DNA of 63,841 bases, counting the filler, from Octopus bimaculoides (lineage: Eukaryota): assembly GCF_001194135.2 (NCBI RefSeq). It is 4 parts of 4 records of this genome, joined end to end, with 100 filler letters (N's around TTAATTAATTAA, not from the genome) between each part and the next. Parts side by side here need not be neighbours in the genome. Positions count along the whole stretch, not along the records: positions 36,699 to 63,841 come from NC_068996.1; 3 more parts are not named here. One strand, 5' to 3'. This document shows, piece after piece, positions 38,284 to 51,813 of the stretch. The notes below the pieces were generated by a model that saw only the letters and a program-made list of their open reading frames with translations, did not search any database and was not told where the DNA came from. Each line of letters starts with the position of its first letter. Position 1 is the stretch's first letter. Both the position numbers and the translations under genes were made by a program.

Positions 38284-38954
38284 TAGATAGATAGATAGAC
38301 AGACGATAGATAAATAAATAGACAGACATACAGACAGACAGACAGATAGACAGACAGACAGATAGATAGATAGATAGATAAATAGATCTACACATACATA
38401 TGTATATGTATACATGTGTTAATATGCGTAAATACATAGATACATATATACATACATACATACGCGCACGGACACAAATGCACACACACACATACCTATT
38501 ATACGTACATCATACATAATTGACACGTTTTGTAAAATTACATTTTCTGTTTTTTTACTACGCTCTTTAGTGTCTTTACTTGTCAATGTTGCTTTCCATA
38601 TTTTCCATATGTGCGCGGACACTTAAATGTTGGTAGAACCATATCGAACCTATATAAAGGAGTCCGAGTGCACCCGAGAAAACTAACCACTTGCAATGGG
38701 CGAACCGAACAGAGTGGAAGAAAACCAGTCATGGCGATTCGCACGATAAGCACGACTAGAAGATGACGTGTTTAATTTTATCCTCAATTGTTCATTCTCA
38801 ACTTAGTTATTTCTCTTCTGCTTTTCGTATTCCATTGTTTGGATTAAATTTTGACATTTTTGGCTTTTTTATTTGATTGCTTTTGAAGTTGATTGTCTTT
38901 TCAAATAACCTTCATTATTGTCTAACATTTAGAATATCATGTATTTATCTACTT

Positions 38955-39120
38955 TTCTTCTTCTTCTTCTTCTTCTTCTTCTTCTTCTTCTTCTTCTTCT
39001 TCTTCTTCTTCTTCTTCTTCTTCTTCTTCTTCTTCTTCTTCTTCTTCTTCTTCTTCTTCTTCTTCTTCTTCTTCTTCTTCTTCTTCTTCTTCTTCTTCTT
39101 CTTCTTCTTCTTCTTCTTCT
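38955..39120. repeat. Long pure (TTC)n microsatellite
   Basis: Direct read. Other tracts include (TA)n 3681-3748, (CA)n 27058-27130, (TTTC)n 37478-37632, (GATA)n 44906-44970 and 54220-54302, and (TGTA)n 31873-32490. Confidence 0.97.
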
Positions 39121-39464
39121 TTTCAATGTCATTATTATTGAGTGAGAGAGCAGTGCATGCCATCAAAGTGACACTGGGGGACAAATATACGAAGCCCAAT
39201 ATACCCATCATGACTACCCGTCTGGTAAGGGTACACCAGGCACATGCATCACAACCATATGTGCACGACATGGTGATCTCATATCAAGATAAACAGCGTA
39301 TGACATTACAAGTGGGGCCCAGTTAGAATTTTCTTCAGGTTGAGTAGCCCATCCCACTCAAATTGTCCCTGAATAAGGGTTGTTTAAGGATGTTGAAGGA
39401 AACACTCAAGTTTCCAGAAGTGAATTATTCAAACTACAAAGAATTATAATCATTATTATTATTA

Positions 39465-39529
<65 letters not shown>

Positions 39530-39969
39530 GCAGGATTGATGTATCTATAGATTCCATCCAGTGTACAGTTGGTCAGCTTTCATTAGTTCCTAATTAACAT
39601 AGAAATTTGCATTTCTTGCGCCTGAAATCATTAATCCGGTTACCATTCGTTCAAATTGGTCATGTTTGTAAGGAAGCTTTTAATGATTGCTCGACCAGCA
39701 AGAAACAATAGCAGAATCTGTCTTAAATCATACTCTGTTTCTAACAAACAAAAGACGATTGTCACGGGCGGAATATTTTAATCATAATAGTGCTCATATT
39801 CGGCCTACTTCGTGTTAAGCATGAAAAACGAAATCAATTTTGTCTTTAATACATGTGAAGTATGAATACGCATACAAATATACGTTAATAAACAACGGCT
39901 ATATGATTAATTGTTCCTTATTTAGTTTCGAAAGTTAATTGTCTTTGCTTTTGTTGATTTGTGTAGTCT

Positions 39970-40012
<43 letters not shown>

Positions 40013-41616
40013 TTTGTTTGTTTGTTTCATCACTTTTTCAGTATTTCGAATCACCATCTTTTCTTATGAAGCATTATTGTTTCAGTAAAGCAGTGAATTT
40101 AAACCAGCAAATTAATCTTACTAATAAATGAAATTGGACTGCACAGGGAGAGCGAGAGAGAGGAAGAGAGAGAGAGGGAGAGCGAGTGAGAGGAAGAGAG
40201 AGAGAGGGAGAGCGAGTGAGAGGAAGAGAGAGAGAGAGGGAGAGCTAGAGGGAGGAAGAGAGAGAGAGNNNNNNNNNNNNNNNNNNNNNNNNNNNNNNNN
40301 NNNNNNNNNNNNNNNNNNNNNNNNNNNNNNNNNNNNNNNNNNNNNNNNNNNNNNNNNNNNNNNNNNNNNNNNNNNNNNNNNNNNNNNNNNNNNNNNNNNN
40401 NNNNNNNNNNNNNNNNNNNNNNNNNNNNNNNNNNNNNNNNNNNNNNNNNNNNNNNNNNNNNNNNNNNNNNNNNNNNNNNNNNNNNNNNNNNNNNNNNNNN
40501 NNNNNNNNNNNNNNNNNNNNNNNNNNNNNNNNNNNNNNNNNNNNNNNNNNNNNNNNNNNNNNNNNNNNNNNNNNNNNNNNNNNNNNNNNNNNNNNNNNNN
40601 NNNNNNNNNNNNNNNNNNNNNNNNNNNNNNNNNNNNNNNNNNNNNNNNNNNNNNNNNNNNNNNNNNNNNNNNNNNNNNNNNNNNNNNNNNNNNNNNNNNN
40701 NNNNNNNNNNNNNNNNNNNNNNNNNNNNNNNNNNNNNNNNNNNNNNNNNNNNNNNNNNNNNNNNNNNNNNNNNNNNNNNNNNNNNNNNNNNNNNNNNNNN
40801 NNNNNNNNNNNNNNNNNNNNNNNNNNNNNNNNNNNNNNNNNNNNNNNNNNNNNNNNNNNNNNNNNNNNNNNNNNNNNNNNNNNNNNNNNNNNNNNNNNNN
40901 NNNNNNNNNNNNNNNNNNNNNNNNNNNNNNNNNNNNNNNNNNNNNNNNNNNNNNNNNNNNNNNNNNNNNNNNNNNNNNNNNNNNNNNNNNNNNNNNNNNN
41001 NNNNNNNNNNNNNNNNNNNNNNNNNNNNNNNNNNNNNNNNNNNNNNNNNNNNNNNNNNNNNNNNNNNNNNNNNNNNNNNNNNNNNNNNNNNNNNNNNNNN
41101 NNATATATATATATATACATGTGTATGCATACATACATAATATTGTCCTCGTTCTTATTGTTTAAACGTTTCAAGAAAAAAAAGTCTAAGCTGACATCCT
41201 AGTGTTTTAGAAATGTAAATTAAAAATAACAAGAGGAACAGTTAATAAATACGAAACAAATAACAACGCAAAAGAAAATAACAAAAAAAAACAACAACTA
41301 AACACAAAACTGTAAACCTCATGACAATGACTAAATAAGGACTAGAAACTAAAAGAACAATGTGAAACATTAAGTACAGCAGCTAATGCAAAGGAGATTA
41401 ATAAGAACGAGAGTGGAAGAAAAAAAGAAGACAAAAAAAAGAAATAGAACAAGGAGGAGGGAGTGGACAGAATGAGGGAGGATGTGGTGAAGGAGGAGGA
41501 GGATGGGGAGGAGGAGGAGAAAAAAAGAAGAAGAAAGAGGAGGAAGAGGAGGAGGAGGAGGAGTTGTAGAAGGGGAAGATGGAAGAAGATGTAGAAGGAG
41601 ATGGAAGAAGAAGAAG

Positions 41617-41668
<52 letters not shown>

Positions 41669-42239
41669 GGTAGAAAGAGAAGGAGGAGGAGGAGGAGATG
41701 TAGGAGGAGAAGATGGAAGTAGTAGTAGTAGTAGTAGAAGGAGGAGAAGGAGGAAAAGGAGGAGGAGGAGAAGAAGAAGAATTGGAAGAAGAAGAAGAAG
41801 AAGAAGAAGAAGAAGAAGAAGAAGAAGAAGAAGAAGAAGAAGAAGAAGAAGAAGAAGAAAAACAACAACAACAACAAGACTACTATTGAATTAATGGAAA
41901 GAAACAAAAGAACTTTGAAAGAAGTAAAGTATGGACCAAATACCGTCAAGAGTACAACGTGGTGAGAAGCAAGGCTAGAATCTGTGAAGACTGATTTGAA
42001 AATGCTGTCGGCATTTTCGTTACGGCAAGATATGGGCATCTTACTAGTGACCGGTTCTTATCATATGTCAGTCGCTCGTGATTATTGGCAGATCTCTTGC
42101 GCATGCAGTCTCGCACTGAGTGAAATTACGCAGAGATCCAATGACGGACTTATTTAAACAACCGCCTGAGGAAGCCCATTTTACACATTGTATGGATGAT
42201 AATGATTACGCAACATCACTGCAATGTACTATACTCCTT

Positions 42240-42685
42240 TTACTCTTTTATTTGTTTCAGTCATTTGACTGCGGCCATGCTGGAGCACCGCCCTTAGTCG
42301 AGCAAATCGACCCCGGGACTTATTCTTTGTAAGCCTAGTACTTATTCTATCGGTCACTTTTTTGCCGAACCACTAAGTTACGGGGACATAAACACACCAG
42401 CATCGGTTGTCAATCGATGGTGGGGGGACAAACACAGACACACAAACATATACACACACATACATACACACATACATATACACACACATACATACACACA
42501 TACATACACACATACATATACATATATACGACGGGCTTTTAGTTTCCGTCTACCAAATCCACTCACAAGGCTTTGGTCGGCCCGAGGCTATAGTAGAAGA
42601 CATTTGCCCAAGGTGCCACGCAGCGGGACTGAACCCATGTGGTTGGTAAGCAAGCTACTTACCACACAGTCACTCCTGCGCCTAT
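42240..42685 (-). mobile_element. SINE family A, full length
   Basis: Near-consensus reverse copy. Confidence 0.9.
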
Positions 42686-42849
42686 GGTGTAAAAATGTTT
42701 CGAAACAATTATAGTGATTTAAAATTTTAAAGAATGTCGTTCATTCCGTCTTCTATCATTTATCTGTATATATAAACTCTATGGATAATATATAAACTCT
42801 ACACGAACATGTCAGAAGCATAACGCTACGAATAATGCTACGTATGCCA

Positions 42850-43390
42850 GGCCAACCCGTCGCCACCGACTTCAACAGTGCGAATCATGCTATTGCAGAT
42901 TTATCAGAGTGTGGCAAGGCCTTGCACCACGGACCCCACCCCCATCCTTCTCTAGGAAACGAAAGGGGCAACGTCTCATATTTGTTGTTGGCACAACGTT
43001 CCTGACAGGTATGAATGGACGTCTTTGCTGTCATCCTTTCACCTCCTCTTAATTCTTTTTTACCCATTTTTTATCCCCCTTCCACCCTCTCTCTCTGCAA
43101 CGTCTCCTTATTTACCTACCTCTACTCTCTCCATCTCCCTTTTCCTTTTCCTTTTCCTTTCTACACGCTTTCTCGTATAACTTCTTTTACGTTTGCAGCC
43201 CGTATTATTCTGAGTCAATTATCAATTGCAACCAGTTTTTCAAGCTGAGAGAATGTAAATTCCGTTTGTCTTTCCTCAACTTCTATTTTTCACTAACCCC
43301 TGATGAAGGATTTGCATCCGTAACGTTGGATATTCGACTCTTCATGGCAAGACGGCAAGTTCTCTTGTACCTCTTTCACTTCTTTCTGTG
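42850..43390 (+). mobile_element. Penelope-like element 3' fragment with hammerhead relic
   Basis: QPVATDFNSANHAIADL and GTTFLTGMN (GIY-YIG C-terminus), pyrimidine tract, then CTGATGA..GTAAC at 43300-43324. Confidence 0.75.
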
Positions 43391-44911
43391 TATGTATATA
43401 TAAACACACACGCGCATGCACGCACGCACGCACGCGAGCACACACACACACATACATACATATACACAAATATACATATATATACACACACGTTCATATA
43501 AATATATATNNNNNNNNNNTTGGTAATACTCAGTTTTGCACCATTAATGATAAGACTGAGAACTTCCTATATTGGCGGTTCCCGCAAAACAATACAGCGT
43601 GGACAAGGACGAAGAGACGAGCAAAATACGGGCTTAGGGCCAAGAAGACAAGAATACTAAGTAACGGAAAGAGGACATCCTAAAGGATAGAGAACGGAGC
43701 GACACAGAATTTGCGACTTGTCATCTACGGGACCAGTATGAGAAAGGAAGAAAGCTGGCCGCGGGTCACGTCACAGCAGCAGGTAGAGGAGAAAGACAGC
43801 AAGAGAGTGGGAAAGAGAGGGACAGAGAGAAAAGTATGTATGTACTGGAACAAACAAATATACACACATACATACATACATACATACATACATACATACA
43901 TACATGCATACATGCATACATACATACATTTACATACATACATACGTTTTCGTGCTCTGTTTATGTTCTGTTTCTCATTTTGTCCACGTTTTTTTTGTAA
44001 CGTCCTGTACCCAGATATGCATCTATATATACATGTAGATCTAGGTATGTACATACATGTACGTATATATGCACATATTCACATATTATTTGTATTATTA
44101 CATATATATATATATATATANNNNNNNNNNNNNNNNNNNNNNNNNNNNNNNNNNNNNNNNNNNNNNNNNNNNNNNNNNNNNNNNNNNNNNNNNNNNNNNN
44201 NNNNNNNNNNNNNNNNNNNNNNNNNNNNNNNNNNNNNNNNNNNNNNNNNNNNNNNNNNNNNNNNNNNNNNNNNNNNNNNNNNNNNNNNNNNNNNNNNNNN
44301 NNNNNNNNNNNNNNNNNNNNNNNNNNNNNNNNNNNNNNNNNNNNNNNNNNNNNNNNNNNNNNNNNNNNNNNNNNNNNNNNNNNNNNNNNNNNNNNNNNNN
44401 NNNNNNNNNNNNNNNNNNNNNNNNNNNNNNNNNNNNNNNNNNNNNNNNNNNNNNNNNNNNNNNNNNNNNNNNNNNNNNNNNNNNNNNNNNNNNNNNNNNN
44501 NNNNNNNNNNNNNNNNNNNNNNNNNNNNNNNNNNNNNNNNNNNNNNNNNNNNNNNNNNNNNNNNNNNNNNNNNNNNNNNNNNNNNNNNNNNNNNNNNNNN
44601 NNNNNNNNNNNNNNNNNNNNNNNNNNNNNNNNNNNNNNNNNNNNNNNNNNNNNNNNNNNNNNNNNNNNNNNNNNNNNNNNNNNNNNNNNNNNNNNNNNNN
44701 NNNNNNNNNNNNNNNNNNNNNNNNNNNNNNNNNNNNNNNNNNNNNNNNNNNNNNNNNTATATATATATATATATATTGATAGAAATGGTAAAACAACAAA
44801 AGAAGGAAAGAGACCTCCTTATTATGTAAATAGAGGAATTTATCTGTAAATATGTGACAATTATTCGGTAGCCATGATATAAAACTCCGAGTTTCGGATT
44901 ATAGATAGATC

Positions 44912-44972
<61 letters not shown>

Positions 44973-45649
44973 TTGAATGAGGTGGAGGATTATCTTTTAT
45001 TATTTTCTTTTCGAAGAGAATTACAGGCGACATTGGTGGTAATTACTCACCCCATGTTGCGATCGCTGACAGTTTGCCTCCTCTACTACGCTTGCTAGCT
45101 ATTCTCTGTTTCACTTAAATGAGAAACAAACACAGACTACGGCATTACGTTTATACAAGGACATTTTACTTATCACTTTCTACTGCCATTTTCAAATCCA
45201 TCGTTTATATTACCAATACAACTTATTTTATATAGTTACTTAGTTTATATAAGTTACTGCATTAAAACCAACTACCTTCTCTCGGTTTCGTTATTATGTA
45301 AACTCACAAACTTCATTGAAGGAAGTCATCTAAATGCTGTAAACCTTTTTCTGTTTTTATTTCTCATGTTTTCGTTCTGTTGAAAATAATAGGAGTCGTA
45401 TGCTTCCTCCACTAAACTGATTTTGAAAAATCTGTTTCGTTTCTCACTTGAAGTTGTTTCATTTCCCGTTCACTGCTAATAAAGATGAAGATGGCAATTG
45501 TTCTTTCTCGTTCTACGTAAATATGACGTTTGATTTATTACCGACAGTAATTATATACAAGCATACCTCAACTTACGTCGGTAATTGACTCCAAGATATG
45601 CGACCTAACAAGTAAACCGACATAACACAGAAAATCATTTTCAAAAAGA

Positions 45650-47440
45650 AGTTATGCTTATCGCCACTTAAACATGGCTGTTCCGTAGGAACCAACGTTA
45701 CTGCTATTTTTAATCCCAGGAGGATGCTTCCACTAGCTGGTTATTTGATGCAATCACTACCCGATATATATACTGCAGGCAGGGGTGTGAACCACTACCA
45801 TCTTCCAGCTCCGGGACCACCAGACCGTACGTTTTCGACCTTTCGAATACTCGTCCGCTAGAGATAGCAGTAGTTCACTCCAGTTCGTAGTATATAGAAA
45901 AATGCTGATACACAGTCACTGATCTTGCAACAAGCAAATTAGTTAGAAAATCTAAAGTACTAACTATACTGTGAAGTAATATTTATTGCCACTTCAACAT
46001 GGTTCTACCATAGGAACTGACATTACTATCATTTTAACCCAAGGAGGATGTCACCTCCAGCTAGTTATTTGATGTAATCTATAATCACTGCAAAGTGAAA
46101 ATATTTGCTGATGACACTAAGCTCCAGCAAATTATCAATGAAGAATAAGACCGAACCCAACTCCAGACTGATCTATATGCTGTGAGTCAATGGGGAGACA
46201 AAAACAAAATGAAACTGAACGAGGGAAAATTTGAGCTGATGCATTTTGGAAGGAAGTCCATACTAAAACAGCCATACTCTCTTCCTTCAGGGGAACCGCT
46301 CACGGCATCCAACAATATCAGAGATCTGGGTGTAATTGTTGACAACAATCTCAATTGGAGTGCCCACATCAACAATAAGGTCAATATAGCTCGTAGGAAG
46401 AGCTCCTGGATCTTAAGAACCTTCCGGTCCAGAGAACAAGGTGTCATCATTCCGCTTTTCTCCTCCTTTGTACGGCCACACCTCGAATACTGCTGCCCCT
46501 TGTGGTCTCCCCATACAAAACAAAACATCTCGAAGATTAAATTACCCCAGAGGGCACTAACCAAACGAATTGAAGGCATGACTGATCTTGATTACTGGGA
46601 CCGCCTTAAAGCCTTGAAGCTCTACTCTCTCCTGCGCCGCCGCGAGCGGTACATCATTTTTACATCATTGCCCAAACGACCTGAACATTAGTTTCAAGGT
46701 TCATCCAAGGCTGGGACCACGAGCCATAGTCACCTGCCCAATTCAGAATCACAACGTATAGGTACACTGCGGCATAATTTCTCTTCCTCAACAAGCCCTG
46801 CCCTGTTTAACATTGTCCCAAAACTGATCAAAGAGGGAAAGGATCCTATCAACTTTAAACGGAGTCTAGACAGCTTTCTTCAAGGAATACCAGACAAGCC
46901 CCTCATACCTGGATACAACTCACTCAATAAGAACTCACTACTTGAATGGGCCAAAAACAAAACTTGACTGTAAAAAGGATTTAGATAATCCTATCAGGTG
47001 ATGCTATTAAGTTCGATTTGGCCTGGACCAATCTTTGGTCGAAACATATCTAAGTTTATCTAAGTTTATATACATCGCAAGCAGGTGTGTGAACCCCTAC
47101 CATTTTCCAGCCACTTGTCCGTTAGAAATAGCAGTACTTAACTCCATCTTGCAATATACTGAAATGAAGTGACACAGTCACTGATAGAAAACTAATGGAG
47201 TGAACTAATGCTATGTCTAGCGGACGAGTTTCCTCCGCCTAGGATGACCACAAAATGATCGAAACCGTACGGTTTGATGGTTCTTTGGCTGGAAGATAAT
47301 AGGGGTTCACTCCTCTAATTGCAGAGTACTGACTACATCGAATAACCAGTTGGAGGAGATGTCCTCCTGGGGTTCAAATAGTAGTAATGTCGGTTTCTAC
47401 GGAGAAGCCTTGTTGAAGTGGTAATAAACTTTACTTCTCA
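45650..47440. repeat. Three copies of a ~325-bp repeat: A (about 45650-45930), B (about 45978-46094 and 47070-47190, split by a LINE), inverted C (about 47190-47440)
   Basis: Shared blocks gccacttcaaca-gg, cccaggagga, gtgtgaacc..taccat.ttccagc and gtccgctaga.atagca. Confidence 0.75.
46095..47068 (+). mobile_element. 5'-truncated CR1/L2-clade LINE
   Basis: KIFADDTKL, RDLGVIVDNNLNWSAHI and VRPHLEYCCPLWSP. 3' stem-loop and (atctaagttt)2 tail. Confidence 0.92.
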
Positions 47441-47479
47441 TCATAGCTACTGCTTTCATTTCTTATTCTTTTATTCTGT

Positions 47480-47865
47480 TATTCTTTTATTTGTTTCAGT
47501 CATTTGACTGCGCCTTTAGTCGAGCAAATCCACCCCTGGGCTTATTCTTTGTAAACCTACACTTATTCTATTGATCTCTTTTGCCGAACCGATAGGCTAC
47601 GGGAACGTAAACACACCAGCATCGGTTGTCAAGCGATGTTGGGGGGGACAAACACACACACACACACACACATATATATACATATATATACATATATACG
47701 ACGGGCTTCTTTCAGTTTCCGTCTACTAAATCCACTCACAAGGCTTTGGTCGGCCCGAGGCTATAGCAGAGGACACCTGCCCAAGGTGCCACGCAGTGGG
47801 ACTCAACCCGGAACCATGTGGTTGATAAGCAAGCTACTTACCACACAGCCACTCCTGCGCCTACT
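47480..47865 (-). mobile_element. SINE family A, full length
   Basis: Near-consensus reverse copy. Confidence 0.88.
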
Positions 47866-49545
47866 GGAGTTGATTCGTTCACTTTATAGAGATTTTCTAA
47901 TTAGTTTTCATTTACAAAAAATGATTAGCTTATATCTGTTTTAATAAACGGTTCGAACATATTTTTATAAGTATTTACTTTGTTCTGTAACTTCACTATT
48001 GGTTTTAGGTATTTTAAAGAAACTTTACCTTTTTAAATATTTTCACTGAAACCAGCGTAAAGTCTGATAAACCGACTGTAACTGATGTTTACTGCATCTA
48101 TTAATTTCTTTAAAAAAACAACAACGTGAAGTCGTTAACGACTACCACAAAACGCATCTTGTATTTGTTAGAGCTGTTTGGTTTGCAATTGTGAATAGAG
48201 AATAGAAAAGCGTTCAATTTACTTAGTTTACTACAATCTTCTTGCCATGTTACAATATCCACGATATTTTAACGCACATCCATTTTCTAAATAGTTTATT
48301 GATGTGTGCAATGCTGGATGAATAGTAACATTCAGCTGAAGCCGTATGAAACCCAGACAACCTACTGTTAAATCATATTCTTCTTCTTCTTGTCGTATTT
48401 TAACCCCAAATCAGTTGCCATCGAAGTGACTACCTATGAAGTAAGGTGTTCCGACTGTGACGTAACGCTTCCATTTCCAAACGCTATAATGACATTCCAT
48501 TGTTGTTTGTAGCAAGTCGAAGAATCATTTAGACGCCTCTTTCGAGGGTTCGTATAGAAATATAAATTTCTTACATATCAAGGATGATAACAGGTGATTA
48601 TAGATGAAATGGGCGTGTGCGCACTCCTCAAGAGATATGTAATGGTGAATCTTATGACACTTCGTGTCTTGGATACACTGTTGAAATCTTCATTTCCATG
48701 TATGTAACTTATCAGATACTTATCAGGTTAGTATTATTCCTATGTCTCCATCCTACAAGTTGTCTCCATTCTTACAGGTTTTCATATCAGCTGTAAACTA
48801 ACGAAAGCCTCTGTAACACAACACCTTTATAGTTTGTACTAGTTGCACTGGTTCATCAGAACTGTCTACAATTGCACACACTATCAAAACCGGCCTAAGG
48901 AACTCTAAACTCGTAAAGCCGTTTTCCTGGATCCTGTGGTGTATTCTCTCTCTGCGGATGGCCGGTAGCAGTATTATCCATTTATGTCCTCTGAATTGAC
49001 TCGGGCAAAGTAAGAGCGCCACACATCGCGCAGTCCAGGAATCGAAATCACAATGTCACGATAATTACTACAACATACTAACCATCGAGTCATGCGCTGC
49101 CACTGTGCGTATTGTGTGAATACATATAGGTATTCACACAAAGGCATAAACATGGGACACATTTATTTCAAAACAATTTATATTGAACGCACAACAGTTG
49201 CTCAAGAGTTTCTATATTTTCTTATTTAAGCTTAGTTTATACAAATAGTATTTCTAACAGGATTAATGCTCAAGTTATTCTAGAGACACGAATAAGTTTT
49301 CAAACATTGTTGGTCTTTACTAAACATAAGGACTTTAATATAGGAAATATGAACTAACATAAGTCTTGCAAATTTCCTCTATTTCCTTTTGAGGCAGAAT
49401 TTGCTAAGTTCATGTTACCGGATCGCTTCCTTTGCCTGAAAACCCAGCAATTTGTGAAACGAAGTACAAAAATTATTATGGGCAAGAATAAGAATATCTA
49501 CGAATATATGTATTTATGCCTGCGTGCCTATATATATATATATTA

Positions 49546-50323
49546 GCACGTGTTCTAATAGATTTCTTTTCTAAAAGAATAGAGTTTTTCACAGAATTCA
49601 GGCTAGTCAAGTAAAAGCGAGAAGATTTCTTGCGTCAATCAACTCATTTCCAGGAATTTGTGAATATGCAAATGAGGTTATGTATACATTAATATAGGTT
49701 CTCCTTTAGCTTCTGCAGAAGATTTTAAATGTTATGAATAAGCTGTTTAATTTTTCATTTAAAAACATTTCGATACATTCCAGTGTATTTCAATGTTATA
49801 TTTGAGCTCAGAAAAAGTTGGCATATGGGTGTTGCTCAGTGTTAAAAGTAATTTTGATGAATAAAAATGCGTAATTTATTATGAAGCAATATATATTACA
49901 ATATATTACAGTTACGTGTATAAAATGATTTAAAGTAGGCTTCTACTTAAATGAGAATTAATTTCGTTCCACTGGTACAAATCCTGGCCCATGCAGAAAT
50001 ATAGATAACCAAAATTTAGCGTCATGATTTTTCTCAAGAAAGAGCTAAACGAAGTGATTTCTGTTGATACTTTCACCCTTGAGTGAAAGCAATAACATTT
50101 TTTGAATTTTAAAAGTAATTAACTTTAAATTTATAATGAACATAGAATAATAATTTGGAACCTTGTTTTCTGGTAAGTGGTAAGGGGTTTGCTTCTCAGT
50201 CTCATGATTCCGGGTTCAGTCCCATTGCGTGACACCTTGGACAAGTGTCTTCTACTATAGCTTCGGGTTGACCAAAGCCTTGTGAGTGGATTTGGTAGAT
50301 GGAAACTGGAAAAAAGCACATCA

Positions 50324-50367
<44 letters not shown>

Positions 50368-51778
50368 GAGGTGTATGAGTCTTTGTGTCTGTCCCTCACT
50401 AGTGCTTGACAGGCAGTGATGGTGTGTTGACGTACCCGTAATCTAGCGGTTCAGCAAAAAAAAAGAAAAAAAAAAGATAATAAAATAAGTACCAGGCTTA
50501 AGAAAAGAAAAAAACTGGGATTGATTCGTTNNNNNNNNNNNNNNNNNNNNNNNNNNNNNNNNNNNNNNNNNNNNNNNNNNNNNNNNNNNNNNNNNNNNNN
50601 NNNNNNNNNNNNNNNNNNNNNNNNNNNNNNNNNNNNATAATTACATTTATTTCGATGTTTGAATATTGATAAAATAAAACAAGTCTTGTGCTGACGTCAC
50701 TTGTGTTGAGGTCACTTGTGCTGACGTTATTCAGACTTCCAACGAAATCTACTGACTCTTTTCGAAAGGTACTTTTGAAAATCAAAATTTGTAACCGTCA
50801 AATGGCTTGAAAGATAATATTTAAGTTATGATTATAAATTTCCCGCTGAAATAGATTATACGTTCCTACTCACACACAAACACACGTGCACACGTAAACT
50901 GCCATTATGAGGTAGATTTCTTTATTAAGCTACTCAGGGCCGAATATAGAATATAGAGGGGACAATAAAATGAAGAATTTTTCTTTTCGAAATTGATCAA
51001 TAGAGATCGAAAACGTTTTGGTGCGTATACACAAAGGATAGCAAAGTGTTGTTTTAACAAATGGAATTCCCAAAAGGGGAGAAGAATAAAACACTGACTG
51101 GAGTTATCCGTGAAAAGAAACAAACCTACAAAAAAAAAAAAAAACAACCACGGTAACCACGGAAAAGCGATGGGAGCAAAGTGCACTTTGTGCTTTAGTT
51201 CTATAGGTTCATGCTCAAAGAGGGTCCGTTATTCATGCGTACCTTCCTTGCTACATTCACCCACCTTTTATTAAACTTTTACCATGATAAGATAGCACAC
51301 TCTAACAAACAAACACGCAACTCACAAACGTTAGACGTTCGCACATACATACACACATGCAAGAAAGCATTTATATATACATATGAAGTACACACGCATT
51401 TACCACACCCGCGTTCACACACACACATGTTCATACTCACAGATGCCTATTACTCACTCTTCGGCCTCCGAATGCCACGTCTTATTCTCTCCAACCTCCA
51501 GTCAGTTATTTTTTTTTTGACGATGTAACGACCCACATGCTTCGTCCATTTCCTCTTCCAGGGAATTTCTTCCATTATCCATCTGTGTTCATGTCTGCAT
51601 GCCTATATATATATGTGTATATATATCAACAATATATGAGAATATGCATATATATGTACATGTATGTACATACCTTCATCTACATGTACATATAGATACA
51701 TATCCGGGTACATGACGTTGGAAGAGAATATGAACCAAATGATAAACAAGGTACAAAAAACACGCAGACCACATAGAG

Positions 51779-51813
<35 letters not shown>

